From Candidatus Alloruminococcus vanvlietii (GTDB taxonomy: Bacteria > Bacillota > Clostridia > Oscillospirales > Ruminococcaceae), in the NCBI GenBank assembly GCA_904420505.1, contig CAJFVS010000025.1, forward strand, positions 21,004 through 85,003: a DNA stretch of 64,000 nucleotides. Reading direction: 5' to 3'. Below the pieces are notes generated by a model that saw only the letters and a program-made list of their open reading frames with translations, ran no database searches and had not been told where the DNA came from. Shown one piece after another: positions 19,404-28,082 of this stretch. How positions within the stretch are numbered: the first letter of the stretch is position 1; each line of letters opens with the position of its first letter. The translations under genes and the position numbers were made by a program.

Positions 19404-21944
19404 GTGTCGATTTTGACGTTAGCATTACAACAAGAGACCACCAAAAGGCAAGCCATGTTCAAGGCGTTTTTGATTGCTTTGATAACGTCGTTTGCATTTT
19501 TCCTGCCCTTTATCATCTATGACCACGGGTACTTTTTATTTGTGGGCGACTTTAACGTGCAGCAAATCCCCTTTTACTCGCTTGCGCATGACGCGGTGAA
19601 ATCCGGCAACATTTTTTGGAGCTTCACCACCGACTTAGGCGCCAATTTTATAGGCTCTTACAGCTTTTATTTGCTGTTTTCGCCCTTTTTCTGGTTAACG
19701 CTGCCCTTCCCCAACTGGGTAGTGCCCTACTTAATGGCCCCGCTGCTTATGTTAAAATTTGCAGTTTCCGCCATGACAGCTACCGCCTTTATCGGCCGGT
19801 TTTGCAAAAACCAAAACTATGCGGTTTTGGGCGGGCTTTTGTATTCGTTTTCCGGCTTTTCGGTTTACAACATCTTTTTTAACCATTTTAACGACGTCAT
19901 CGCCTTTTTCCCGCTTATGCTTATCGCTTTGGAAGAGCTTATGGTGAACAACCGCCGCGGCTATTTTTGCTTTATGGTGGCGTTTATGGCGGCGCTCAAC
20001 TACTTTTTCTTTGTGGGGCAAGTGGTGTTTGTCATCTTGTATTTTGTGGTGCGCACCCTCTCAGGCGACTGGGACATGACCCTGAAAAAATTCTTATGGC
20101 TGTGTTTTGAAGCGGTTTTGGGCGTGCTGCTGGCCGCAGCGGCGCTGCTTCCATCGGTGCTGGCGATTATTAACAACCCGCGCACCAGCAGCTCGCTAAC
20201 CGGCTGGAACATGCTGCTTTACAACAATGTGCAGCGGTATTTTGCCATTATCCAAAGCTTTTTCTTCCCGCCGGAACTGCCTTACCAGCCCAACTTCTTC
20301 CCCGATTACAACGCCAAATGGTCTTCGATGGCAGGCTTTTTGCCGCTTGTCAGCATGTCGGGTGTTATTGCCTATTTGCAAAGCAAAAAAGAAAGCTGGC
20401 TCAAACGCATCATCTGGATTTGCATCGTTTTTGCTTTGGTGCCGGTGCTCAACAGCCTGTTCTTTGCGCTCAACAGCTCCTATTACGCCAGATGGTTCTA
20501 CATGCCCATCTTGATGATGGCCCTTGCAACGGTTATTTCGCTGGAAGACCACAAAATCGATATGTACCGCGGCATGAAATGGACGTTTTTCATCACCCTG
20601 GGCTTTATGTGCATCGGCATCATCCCCAATGTGGTGGACGGCGAAGTTACCATCGGCTTGGAAGGCCAGCCGTTTAAATTCTGGGTAAACAGCGCCATTG
20701 CGCTTATCTCGCTGGCGGGCACTTTCTTAATTGTCAACTATTTCCGCAACAAAAACCGCAAGGACCAACAAATCTTTATCCGCGCGCTTACCATAGGCGT
20801 TTGCGTGATAACGGTGGCGTATTCCTGCTTTTACATCGGCACGGGCAAAAACAACAGCGAATACAACATGTGGATTATCAACACCGGCATCAACGGCCGG
20901 CAGAACATTGACCTAAACGACGATGAATTTTTCCGCGTGGACGTATTCGAAGGGCTGGACAACCAGGCGATGTTCTGGAAGATGCCCACCATCCAAGCGT
21001 TCCATTCCATTGTGCCCGCTTCCATTATGGAATTTTACCCGGAAGTAGGCGTAACGCGCGACGTTGGTTCGCGCCCAAGCGCGGATTTATACGCTTTGCG
21101 CTCGCTGTTAAGCGTAAAGTACCTGTTCTCGCAGGATGAAAAGGAAACCCAGCCGGCCATGCCGGGCTTTAGCTATTACACCAACCAAAACGGCTTTAAC
21201 ATTTACAAAAACGATAACTTCATCCCCATGGGCTTTACCTACGACTATTATTTAACCCAAAGCATGTTCGATTCCACTACCACCTCCTATCGCGGCAACC
21301 TGCTGCTAAAAGGCATTTTGCTTTCGGATATGCAAATTCTCAAGCATTCAGATATCTTAAAGATGTATCCTGATATTGAATACCCCGATTATTCCGATGA
21401 AGCGTTGGCCAACGACTGCGCCAACCGCCGCGCGGAATCGAGCTATTATTTTGCATACGATAACTACGGCTTTACCTCCAAAATCAACCTTTCCACCGAA
21501 AACCTGGTGTTTTTCTCGGTGCCGTGGGATGAGGGCTGGTCGGCTACGGTAGACGGCGAGCCTGTGGAGATTGAAAAAGTCAACATCGGCTTTATGGCGG
21601 TGCGCGTGCCCGAGGGCGACCATGAAATCCGCTTTACCTATAAAACCCCGGGGCTGAAAACCGGTTTGATAATCACCGGCGGGGCGCTGCTTATCTTTAT
21701 CCCCTACACGGTGGTGTATTTCATCTTAAACCGCAAAAAGAAACGCGTTGCCATTACCCAACAGCTGCTCACTTCGCCTGTGGAAGACGATTTTGACGAT
21801 ATCTGGGGCGACGGGCAGATTGAAGGCCAGATGGATTTGGAAAGCGTTATCAACGGGGAAACATCCCAAGAGCCATTAAAGGAGGAACCGCTCAATGACA
21901 GCGAACAGCCAACCCAGCATGACGGCAAACACCCCAAGCACTAA
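19404..21944 (+). CDS. yfhO: YfhO-family membrane protein (GT-C-type glycan transferase)
   Basis: 846 aa. The N-terminus (...FLLPFIIYDHGYFLFVGDFNVQQIPFY...), many TM helices, a large C-terminal ectodomain and a final TM match the YfhO architecture. The start is uncertain: GTG 19404, TTG 19413 or ATG 19455. Confidence 0.85.
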   Translation: MSILTLALQQETTKRQAMFKAFLIALITSFAFFLPFIIYDHGYFLFVGDFNVQQIPFYSLAHDAVKSGNIFWSFTTDLGANFIGSYSFYLLFSPFFWLTLPFPNWVVPYLMAPLLMLKFAVSAMTATAFIGRFCKNQNYAVLGGLLYSFSGFSVYNIFFNHFNDVIAFFPLMLIALEELMVNNRRGYFCFMVAFMAALNYFFFVGQVVFVILYFVVRTLSGDWDMTLKKFLWLCFEAVLGVLLAAAALLPSVLAIINNPRTSSSLTGWNMLLYNNVQRYFAIIQSFFFPPELPYQPNFFPDYNAKWSSMAGFLPLVSMSGVIAYLQSKKESWLKRIIWICIVFALVPVLNSLFFALNSSYYARWFYMPILMMALATVISLEDHKIDMYRGMKWTFFITLGFMCIGIIPNVVDGEVTIGLEGQPFKFWVNSAIALISLAGTFLIVNYFRNKNRKDQQIFIRALTIGVCVITVAYSCFYIGTGKNNSEYNMWIINTGINGRQNIDLNDDEFFRVDVFEGLDNQAMFWKMPTIQAFHSIVPASIMEFYPEVGVTRDVGSRPSADLYALRSLLSVKYLFSQDEKETQPAMPGFSYYTNQNGFNIYKNDNFIPMGFTYDYYLTQSMFDSTTTSYRGNLLLKGILLSDMQILKHSDILKMYPDIEYPDYSDEALANDCANRRAESSYYFAYDNYGFTSKINLSTENLVFFSVPWDEGWSATVDGEPVEIEKVNIGFMAVRVPEGDHEIRFTYKTPGLKTGLIITGGALLIFIPYTVVYFILNRKKKRVAITQQLLTSPVEDDFDDIWGDGQIEGQMDLESVINGETSQEPLKEEPLNDSEQPTQHDGKHPKH

Positions 21945-22890
21945 ATGCTCAACCGTTTACATTGTAGTGCCTTGCTATAACGAGCAGGAGGTCCTTCCGG
22001 AGACCTCCAAACGGTTGAAGGAAAAGGTTAACCAGTTAATTTCACAGGGCAAATTAACCAATAAAAGCCGCATTGTGTTTGTAGACGATGGCAGCCGCGA
22101 CAACACCTGGAACATGATTGCCGCCCTGCATGAGGAGGACCCCTTGTTCTCCGGGCTAAAGCTTTCGCGCAACCGCGGCCACCAAAACGCGGTGCTGGCC
22201 GGGCTTTTAACCTGCAAGGAATATGCCGATGCGGTGATTAGCATGGATGCGGATTTGCAGGATGACATCAACGCCATCGACGCGTTTATCGATGAGTTTC
22301 ATTCCGGGCATGACATTGTCTACGGCGTGCGCTCCAAACGCGAAACCGACACCGCTTTCAAGCGCTTAACCGCCGAGGGCTTTTACAAAATCATGCAGAA
22401 ATTCGGGGTGGATATCATCGACAACCACGCCGATTACCGGCTTATGAGCCGCCGCGCACTGGACGCTTTGGCCGAATACAAAGAAGTCAACCTGTTTTTG
22501 CGCGGCATCGTGCCGCTTATCGGTTACCCGTACGCCATTGTCAAATACGAGCGCGCCGAACGCTTTGCGGGTGAAAGCAAATACCCCTTGAAAAAAATGC
22601 TGGCCCTGGCGTTTGACGGCATTACTTCTTTTAGCGTAAAGCCTATTAAAATGGTCACTGCGCTGGGGGTTACCATCACGGTTTTAAGCGTGCTGGCCCT
22701 GCTGTATTGTTTGGTAGCGGCGTTTATCCCGGCCATTGGGGTGCCCAATTTGGTGATTGTGGGCTGTATTTTCTTAAGCTGCGGGCTTATTATAAGCTCG
22801 CTGGGGCTTATCGGCTCCTACATCGGCAAAATTTACGGCGAAGTAAAGGCGCGCCCCCGCTTTTTTGTAGAAGACCTTTTGCTAAAATAA
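21895..22890 (+). CDS. GT2 polyprenyl-phosphate glycosyltransferase (CsbB/GtrB-like)
   Basis: 331 aa. ATG 21895 lies 8 nt after AAAGGAGGA. It has VVPCYNEQEVL...FVDDGSRDNT...DADLQDD motifs and two C-terminal TM helices. It overlaps the yfhO 3' end by 50 nt. Confidence 0.9.
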   Translation: MTANSQPSMTANTPSTKCSTVYIVVPCYNEQEVLPETSKRLKEKVNQLISQGKLTNKSRIVFVDDGSRDNTWNMIAALHEEDPLFSGLKLSRNRGHQNAVLAGLLTCKEYADAVISMDADLQDDINAIDAFIDEFHSGHDIVYGVRSKRETDTAFKRLTAEGFYKIMQKFGVDIIDNHADYRLMSRRALDALAEYKEVNLFLRGIVPLIGYPYAIVKYERAERFAGESKYPLKKMLALAFDGITSFSVKPIKMVTALGVTITVLSVLALLYCLVAAFIPAIGVPNLVIVGCIFLSCGLIISSLGLIGSYIGKIYGEVKARPRFFVEDLLLK

Positions 22891-23123
22891 AGCCGTTGTA
22901 CGGCGCACCAAGCGTTTGGCTTTTGCTTGCCCGCTTTCTGCATTGGCCGCACTTTTCCTGTTTTTAAAGCAAACGGCGTGTGTTTGCTGCCGGATGGGGC
23001 GGCAGGCTGGATGCTAAAAAATCGGCCGCCAAGGGCCTGCTGGCAGGCTATGTTGGCCTGGCAGGCGGCACTTTCCCCGCGGCAAGCCGGATATTGTTCA
23101 CGGCCTTTTGTATTGGTTAGTGC

Positions 23124-23168
23124 TCCCGCGCAAAAATCCCAAATAGGGTTTCTGCGCGGGATTTTTTT
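23124..23168 (+). terminator. strong intrinsic terminator 233 nt downstream of the GT2 gene
   Basis: TCCCGCGCA (23124..23132) pairs with TGCGCGGGA (23153..23161), with further inner pairing, followed by 7 T. Confidence 0.75.
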
Positions 23169-23323
23169 GCCTAAAGTAACCCGCAAATGCATAAACATTC
23201 CACAGCGGCTTTCGCACCCTGCTGGCAAAACGTACGCTTTGGTGCTGCCCGGGCGCCCTTGCCCCAGCAGGCAAAATATCGCGCCCCATTCCGGCCGGGC
23301 AGGTTGTTTCTTTGGGATACGGG

Positions 23324-23352
23324 TTGCCAGAGGCGTTTGGCTGTGTTATAAT
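23324..23352 (+). promoter_or_regulatory. sigma-70-type promoter for the aldo/keto reductase gene
   Basis: TTGCCA (23324..23329), 17 nt, TATAAT (23347..23352). Confidence 0.55.
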
Positions 23353-23386
23353 AATTTCACAAGATTAATTAATTGGAGGCGGCATT

Positions 23387-24385
23387 ATGAAATACCAAAA
23401 ACTTGGAAAAACTGATTTGCAAGCATCGGTTATCTCGTTTGGAACCTGGGGCATCGGCGGCGGCTCGGTTTGGTCGGATATGTCGGTGGGCGTAAAAGAA
23501 GTGGAAAACCTTTTGGACGCTGCTTCAAACCTGGGTATCAATTACATTGATACCGCCCCTGTATACGGCACCGGTGCCAGTGAAGAACTTTTGGGCAATG
23601 CGCTGCAAGGCGGGCGCCGGCAAAAATTTTTGCTGCAGACCAAATGCTCGCTGAACTGGCGCAACGACGGCGGGAACTTCCACTACGAGCGCGACGGCTA
23701 CACCGTCAACAACGACACCAGCGCAAAAGCTGTGCGCCAGGACGTAGAGGATTCCTTAAAACGCTTAAAAACCGATTATATCGATATCCTGGTGGTGCAT
23801 TATGTGTGCAAAAGCTGGCCGGTGGAAGAAACCATGGGTGCTTTGCAGGATATGATAAAAGAAGGCAAAATCCGTGCGGTGGGCCTTTCCAACTCCAAAC
23901 CGGCCGATTTGGATGAATATGAAAAATACGGCACCGTAGCGCTGGTACAGGAACAATACAGCCTGCTTGCCCCTTACCACGGCAGCGAATATTTCCCCGC
24001 CTGCCAGGCGCACGACACCGTATTCCAGGTGTACGGCGCTTTGGAAGAGGGCTTTTTGACCGCACCGGATTATGTAGACCGCACCTTCCCCAAAGGCGAT
24101 GTGCGCGGCAAGCTGCCCTGGATTCATGAACCCATCAAAGGGGCTATCCACCGCCTGTTTGATGTGATGAAGCCCTTGTGCGAAAAATACAACTGCAGCT
24201 ATTCCAACCTGGTGCAGGCATGGACCTTAAAACAATTCCCCAACATCAACCTGCTTACCGGTTTCCGGCGTGTGGAAACGATGGAAAACTCCTGCCAATC
24301 GCTCGACCTTGTGCTTTCGGACGAAGACGTTGCACTGTTAAGCGAAACGGCAAAACCCGCGCAGGTAAAAGAGCTGGATAAATAA
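23387..24385 (+). CDS. aldo/keto reductase
   Basis: 332 aa. MKYQKLGKTDLQASVISFGTWGIGG...IDTAPVYG... is a typical AKR N-terminus with catalytic residues in place. Confidence 0.9.
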   Translation: MKYQKLGKTDLQASVISFGTWGIGGGSVWSDMSVGVKEVENLLDAASNLGINYIDTAPVYGTGASEELLGNALQGGRRQKFLLQTKCSLNWRNDGGNFHYERDGYTVNNDTSAKAVRQDVEDSLKRLKTDYIDILVVHYVCKSWPVEETMGALQDMIKEGKIRAVGLSNSKPADLDEYEKYGTVALVQEQYSLLAPYHGSEYFPACQAHDTVFQVYGALEEGFLTAPDYVDRTFPKGDVRGKLPWIHEPIKGAIHRLFDVMKPLCEKYNCSYSNLVQAWTLKQFPNINLLTGFRRVETMENSCQSLDLVLSDEDVALLSETAKPAQVKELDK

Positions 24386-24565
24386 GCAGCGCCATTGGCA
24401 GGGCCATTATGCCTTTGGCAAGCGGTTTTGCCCATAAAACGGCAAACCCAGGGATTGGTACGCAGGTATTGCGGGTTTGGCATAAAAAAACGCATAGAAT
24501 GCCAAAAAGGCATATTTCCCAATACACGATAGGTATTCGACAGATAAAGCCATTGGTTTTATAAT

Positions 24566-24600
24566 AAAGGTGTTCCCAATGTGGAACGCCTTTATTTTTT
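24566..24600 (+). terminator. intrinsic terminator 180 nt downstream of the AKR gene
   Basis: AAAGGTGTTCC-caatgt-GGAACGCCTTT (one G-U pair) followed by ATTTTTT. Confidence 0.75.
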
Positions 24601-24747
24601 GCACCCCAACCCATGCGAATACGGCAAAATTTGCCTATTTTGCCCATGGGCTATTTGGTTTTGCTGCCAATTGGCAATAACTACCGCCAGGAAAAGTGCC
24701 CTGCGGTTTGCAAAACATAGAAGAATAAAAGAAAGGGATTTTGTGCT

Positions 24748-25182
24748 ATGAAAGTGATGGATGCAAAACAGTTTGAACAAATCAATGTTTTTGGAACAGG
24801 CAGCCCAAACGATGCCTTTGCGCAGTATTTTATCGGAAAATCGTTTTTAAACCCTTTAACCAACCCGCAGCAAACCTCGCTTTTTTTGGCAAATGTAACC
24901 TTTGAGCCGGGCTGCCGCAACAATTGGCATATTCATCACGCCAAAAGCGGCGGCGGGCAGCTTCTCATCTGCACGGCCGGGGAAGGCTGGTACCAGGAAG
25001 AAAACAAAGCCCCTGTTTCCCTCACGCCCGGTGTGGTTATCACCATCCCCGCCAATGTAAAGCACTGGCACGGCGCCAAGCGGGATAGCTGGTTTAGCCA
25101 TATTGCCATAGAAGTTCCGGGGGAAGAAACCTCCAACGAATGGCTCGAACCCGTAAACGACGAAGCCTATAACGCGCTGTAA
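24748..25182 (+). CDS. cupin-domain protein
   Basis: 144 aa. ...NVTFEPGCRNNWHIHHAKSGGGQLLICTAGEGWYQEE... carries the cupin metal motifs. Confidence 0.8.
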   Translation: MKVMDAKQFEQINVFGTGSPNDAFAQYFIGKSFLNPLTNPQQTSLFLANVTFEPGCRNNWHIHHAKSGGGQLLICTAGEGWYQEENKAPVSLTPGVVITIPANVKHWHGAKRDSWFSHIAIEVPGEETSNEWLEPVNDEAYNAL

Positions 25183-25482
25183 AGGCGTTTGGCTAAAAGC
25201 GCAGGCCGGCATTTTTAGCGCCCCGGCGGATACTTTTGCGTTTGCCCGGTTATAAGGCTTTTGCGGCATACAGGCTTTGCCAAAACAAGCGCCCTACCCA
25301 AGCATTTTGCTTTTTTCAATATGCAAAGGGCCGTTTTATGCGGGCTTTCGCCGCCTAGCGCCAAAGCGCAAATTTGGCTTTGGGGCATTTTGCCCTGTGC
25401 GCACAGCAGGATGCTGGCGTATAGCCGTGTAAAAAGCGGGCTTGGCCGGCGGCAATCCAAAATAAGGAAAGGAAATGCGGAT

Positions 25483-26169
25483 ATGAATTTACAGAAAACC
25501 GACCCGGAATTTGCACAACGCTTTGCCCATTTTGCGTTTGATGAAGTGGTAAACGATGAAACCCAGCAATTGGAAGCGCCTACCCGCTATCTGGCGATTT
25601 TAGCGGCTTTGATGGGCTCCCAGGGGCTGGATGCTTACCGGGAAATTCTGCCCCTTGCATTGGATAACGGGCTGACCCCCGTTATGGTAAAAGAGGTGGT
25701 TTACCAGGCAACCGATTATTTGGGCTATGCCAGGATGCTTGCATTTTTAAACGCCACCAATGATATATTTACCCAGCGCGGCATTTCCCTTCCGCTTGCA
25801 GGGCAGGCAACCACCACCCTGGAAAACCGGTTGGAAAAAGGCATAGAGGTACAGGCGCAAATGTTTGGCGAACAGATGAAAGAGGCGTGGAAAGCCTCGA
25901 CCATTAACCGCTGGCTGGCGGCCAACTGCTTTGGCGACTATTATACCCGCACAGGCCTTAGCCTGGCCCAGCGGGAAATGATTACCTTTTGTTTTCTTAT
26001 GGCGCAGGGCGGCTGTGAACCGCAGCTTACCGCCCACGCAAAAGGCAACATGAACATGGGCAACGACCAAGCCTTTTTAACCAAAGTGGTTTTGCAGTGC
26101 GTGCCTTATATTGGGTATCCCCGCAGTTTGAACGCCCTTACCTGCATACAAAAGGCGGTGGAACCATGA
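25483..26169 (+). CDS. carboxymuconolactone decarboxylase (CMD/AhpD-like) family protein
   Basis: ATG 25483 follows AAGGAAAGGAAA within ORF 25261..26169. MNLQKTDPEFAQRFAHFAFDEVV... and a tandem CMD-like layout. Confidence 0.7.
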   Translation: MNLQKTDPEFAQRFAHFAFDEVVNDETQQLEAPTRYLAILAALMGSQGLDAYREILPLALDNGLTPVMVKEVVYQATDYLGYARMLAFLNATNDIFTQRGISLPLAGQATTTLENRLEKGIEVQAQMFGEQMKEAWKASTINRWLAANCFGDYYTRTGLSLAQREMITFCFLMAQGGCEPQLTAHAKGNMNMGNDQAFLTKVVLQCVPYIGYPRSLNALTCIQKAVEP

Positions 26170-26858
26170 AGCCGAAAACCGCTGTAAAGCTTTTGGCGGA
26201 TGTTTTCATGACCCTTGCGCTGCTGTTTTTGATGGGCTATCAATTCTGGGGGGAAATGGCCCACGAATGGGTAGGCGCCGGGATGTTTGTGTTGTTTATC
26301 GCCCACCATCTGCTCAACGGCAATTGGCATAAAAACCTGTTGAAAGGCCGTTATACCCCCATGCGCATTCTAACATTGTGCCTGGATATCTTGGTGTTGG
26401 CGTCCATGCTTGCCCAAATGGTCAGCGGCATTATCCTTTCGCGCTATGTGTTTGATTTTCTGCCTATAAGCGGCGGTATGGCGTTTGCAAGGCGCCTGCA
26501 TATCTTAGGTGCATATTGGGGATTCTTGCTTATAAGCCTGCATTTAGGGCTGCATTGGAGTATGATTTTGGGCATGCTGAAAAAGCTCTTTCCTATCCAG
26601 CATACCAACAAAGCCCTATCGGCGGTTGTTTCGGCAGCAGGCTGGCTGATTGCCGGATATGGCGTTTGGGCATTTGTAAAACGGGATTTTTTCACCTACC
26701 TGTTTTTAAGAAGCGAATTTGTTTTTTTGGATTACAGCGAGGCAAAAATCCTATTTTATCTGGATTACCTGGCGTTGATGGGCCTTTGCATTTTGCTTGC
26801 CCATTATGGCGCCAAGCTTTGCAGGCATTTGGGCAAAAAAGCGCCTAGCCAGCCCTAA
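26166..26858 (+). CDS. DUF4405-like membrane protein
   Basis: The ATG overlaps the previous stop (ATGA at 26166..26169). About 6 hydrophobic helices with conserved His (…AHEWVGAGMFVLFIAHHLLNGNW…), as in DUF4405 proteins. Confidence 0.6.
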   Translation: MKPKTAVKLLADVFMTLALLFLMGYQFWGEMAHEWVGAGMFVLFIAHHLLNGNWHKNLLKGRYTPMRILTLCLDILVLASMLAQMVSGIILSRYVFDFLPISGGMAFARRLHILGAYWGFLLISLHLGLHWSMILGMLKKLFPIQHTNKALSAVVSAAGWLIAGYGVWAFVKRDFFTYLFLRSEFVFLDYSEAKILFYLDYLALMGLCILLAHYGAKLCRHLGKKAPSQP

Positions 26859-26928
26859 CCGTGCTTCATCTTAGCGTGGGTAAACAGCAAGTTTGCCCTG
26901 TTAAAAATAAAAACGCCAATTTTGGCAC

Positions 26929-26966
26929 AAAAAAGCCGGCCCTTTTTATAAGGGCCGGCTTTTTTA
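26929..26966. terminator. bidirectional intrinsic terminator
   Basis: AGCCGGCCCT-ttttata-AGGGCCGGCT, flanked by an A-run and a T-run, between convergent genes. Confidence 0.8.
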
Positions 26967-26976
26967 TATGCCAAAC

Positions 26977-27897
26977 CTATTCTTTTGCCAAATCATCCGC
27001 CACAATGTCCAGGTATTCGGCCATTTGTAGGGTCATTCTCTCAAACGACGCCGCATTGATTTTATACGCGTGGCCGTTTGTCACCGCTTTTACGGTGGTA
27101 TAATACTGGTTGGCCTCCAGCTCTTCCAACGTCATCTCATCCGAGAACAGTATCACATCCGGATCCAGCTCCAGCAGTTTGTCGCTGGCAAATTTCCATT
27201 CACCGTATTCCTTTGCCGCATTGGAAAACCCTACGTATTCCAGCACTTCACCAATCAAAGTGTCCCCCGTGGCCATCACGTCGGGCAGCATAACAATATA
27301 GCAGATTTCCAGCGGTTCGCCGCCGTTTAAGGCGTTTACCTTGGCTTTTACCCCGTCAAGCTTTTCCATAAGCGTTTGGTAGGCCGCCTGGCCCGCGGCC
27401 GCGCCGTCTTCCTTGCCGCCCAATGCGCTGCCCAGGGTGGTGTAAAAGTTTTCCCAATCTTCCATATGCGCAACCGGGGAAACCGTCAATACACGGATAT
27501 CCGCCTGTTCCAGCTTCATGCGCTCGTCATAAGGGATATCCGACTGGGTGAGCACATACTGCGCTTTGGAATCGATAATCTTTTGGGTATCCGGCTCCAG
27601 CATGGTGCCCATGGCCTCTAAGCTTTGAGCCTGCGAGGGCGCATCGCAATTGTTCGAACGGCCGACCAAACAATCGCCGTAACCCAGCTCGTACACCACT
27701 TCGGTTAATGCAGGGGAAAGCGATACCACGCGGGTGGGTTTTTCCACAATGTTGACCCCATATACTTCAATGGGGTAGTTGGCGCTGTCCGCCGAAACGC
27801 TCGGCTGCGAACTGTTGGGCTGCTCTTCGCTGGAACACGCGCCCAATACCAATGTAAATGCCGCCAAAAGCAGCAAAATGCTCAAAATTCGTTTCAT
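26977..27897 (-). CDS. ABC transporter substrate-binding lipoprotein, iron-siderophore/cobalamin (FecB/BtuF-like) class
   Basis: 306 aa with a lipobox (FTLVLGACSSE). ...PTRVVSLSPALTEVVYELGYGDCLVGRS... is typical of cluster-A periplasmic binding proteins. No permease or ATPase gene is adjacent. Confidence 0.8.
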   Translation of the reverse strand: MKRILSILLLLAAFTLVLGACSSEEQPNSSQPSVSADSANYPIEVYGVNIVEKPTRVVSLSPALTEVVYELGYGDCLVGRSNNCDAPSQAQSLEAMGTMLEPDTQKIIDSKAQYVLTQSDIPYDERMKLEQADIRVLTVSPVAHMEDWENFYTTLGSALGGKEDGAAAGQAAYQTLMEKLDGVKAKVNALNGGEPLEICYIVMLPDVMATGDTLIGEVLEYVGFSNAAKEYGEWKFASDKLLELDPDVILFSDEMTLEELEANQYYTTVKAVTNGHAYKINAASFERMTLQMAEYLDIVADDLAKE

Positions 27898-28017
27898 GCT
27901 GTAAAATTCCTCTCCCTGCGGCTTTCAACAACTGCCAAACCCATGCTGTTAATGGCCGCAAACTAAAAATATTGTACCCCTTTCCCCATGGCTTGTCAAC
28001 CAAATGCACCCGTGCGG

Positions 28018-28047
28018 TTGACGAAACCTTTGGCGCGGGATTATAAT
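28018..28047 (+). promoter_or_regulatory. sigma-70-type promoter for ilvBN
   Basis: TTGACG (28018..28023), 18-nt spacer, TATAAT (28042..28047). A divergent TTGACA-17-TACAAT promoter for the SBP gene lies just upstream on the other strand. Confidence 0.55.
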
Positions 28048-28082
28048 AAAAAGCAATATCCAAACCAGAGGGGGAACTGCTT

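Noticed and set aside
21895-21944. The 50-nt overlap between yfhO and the GT2 gene read as a sign of a frameshifted fusion
   Set aside because: The GT2 ATG has a near-perfect SD (AAAGGAGGA, 8-nt spacing). The YfhO tail continues as a plausible acidic/polar C-terminus to its own stop. Both ORFs are complete.
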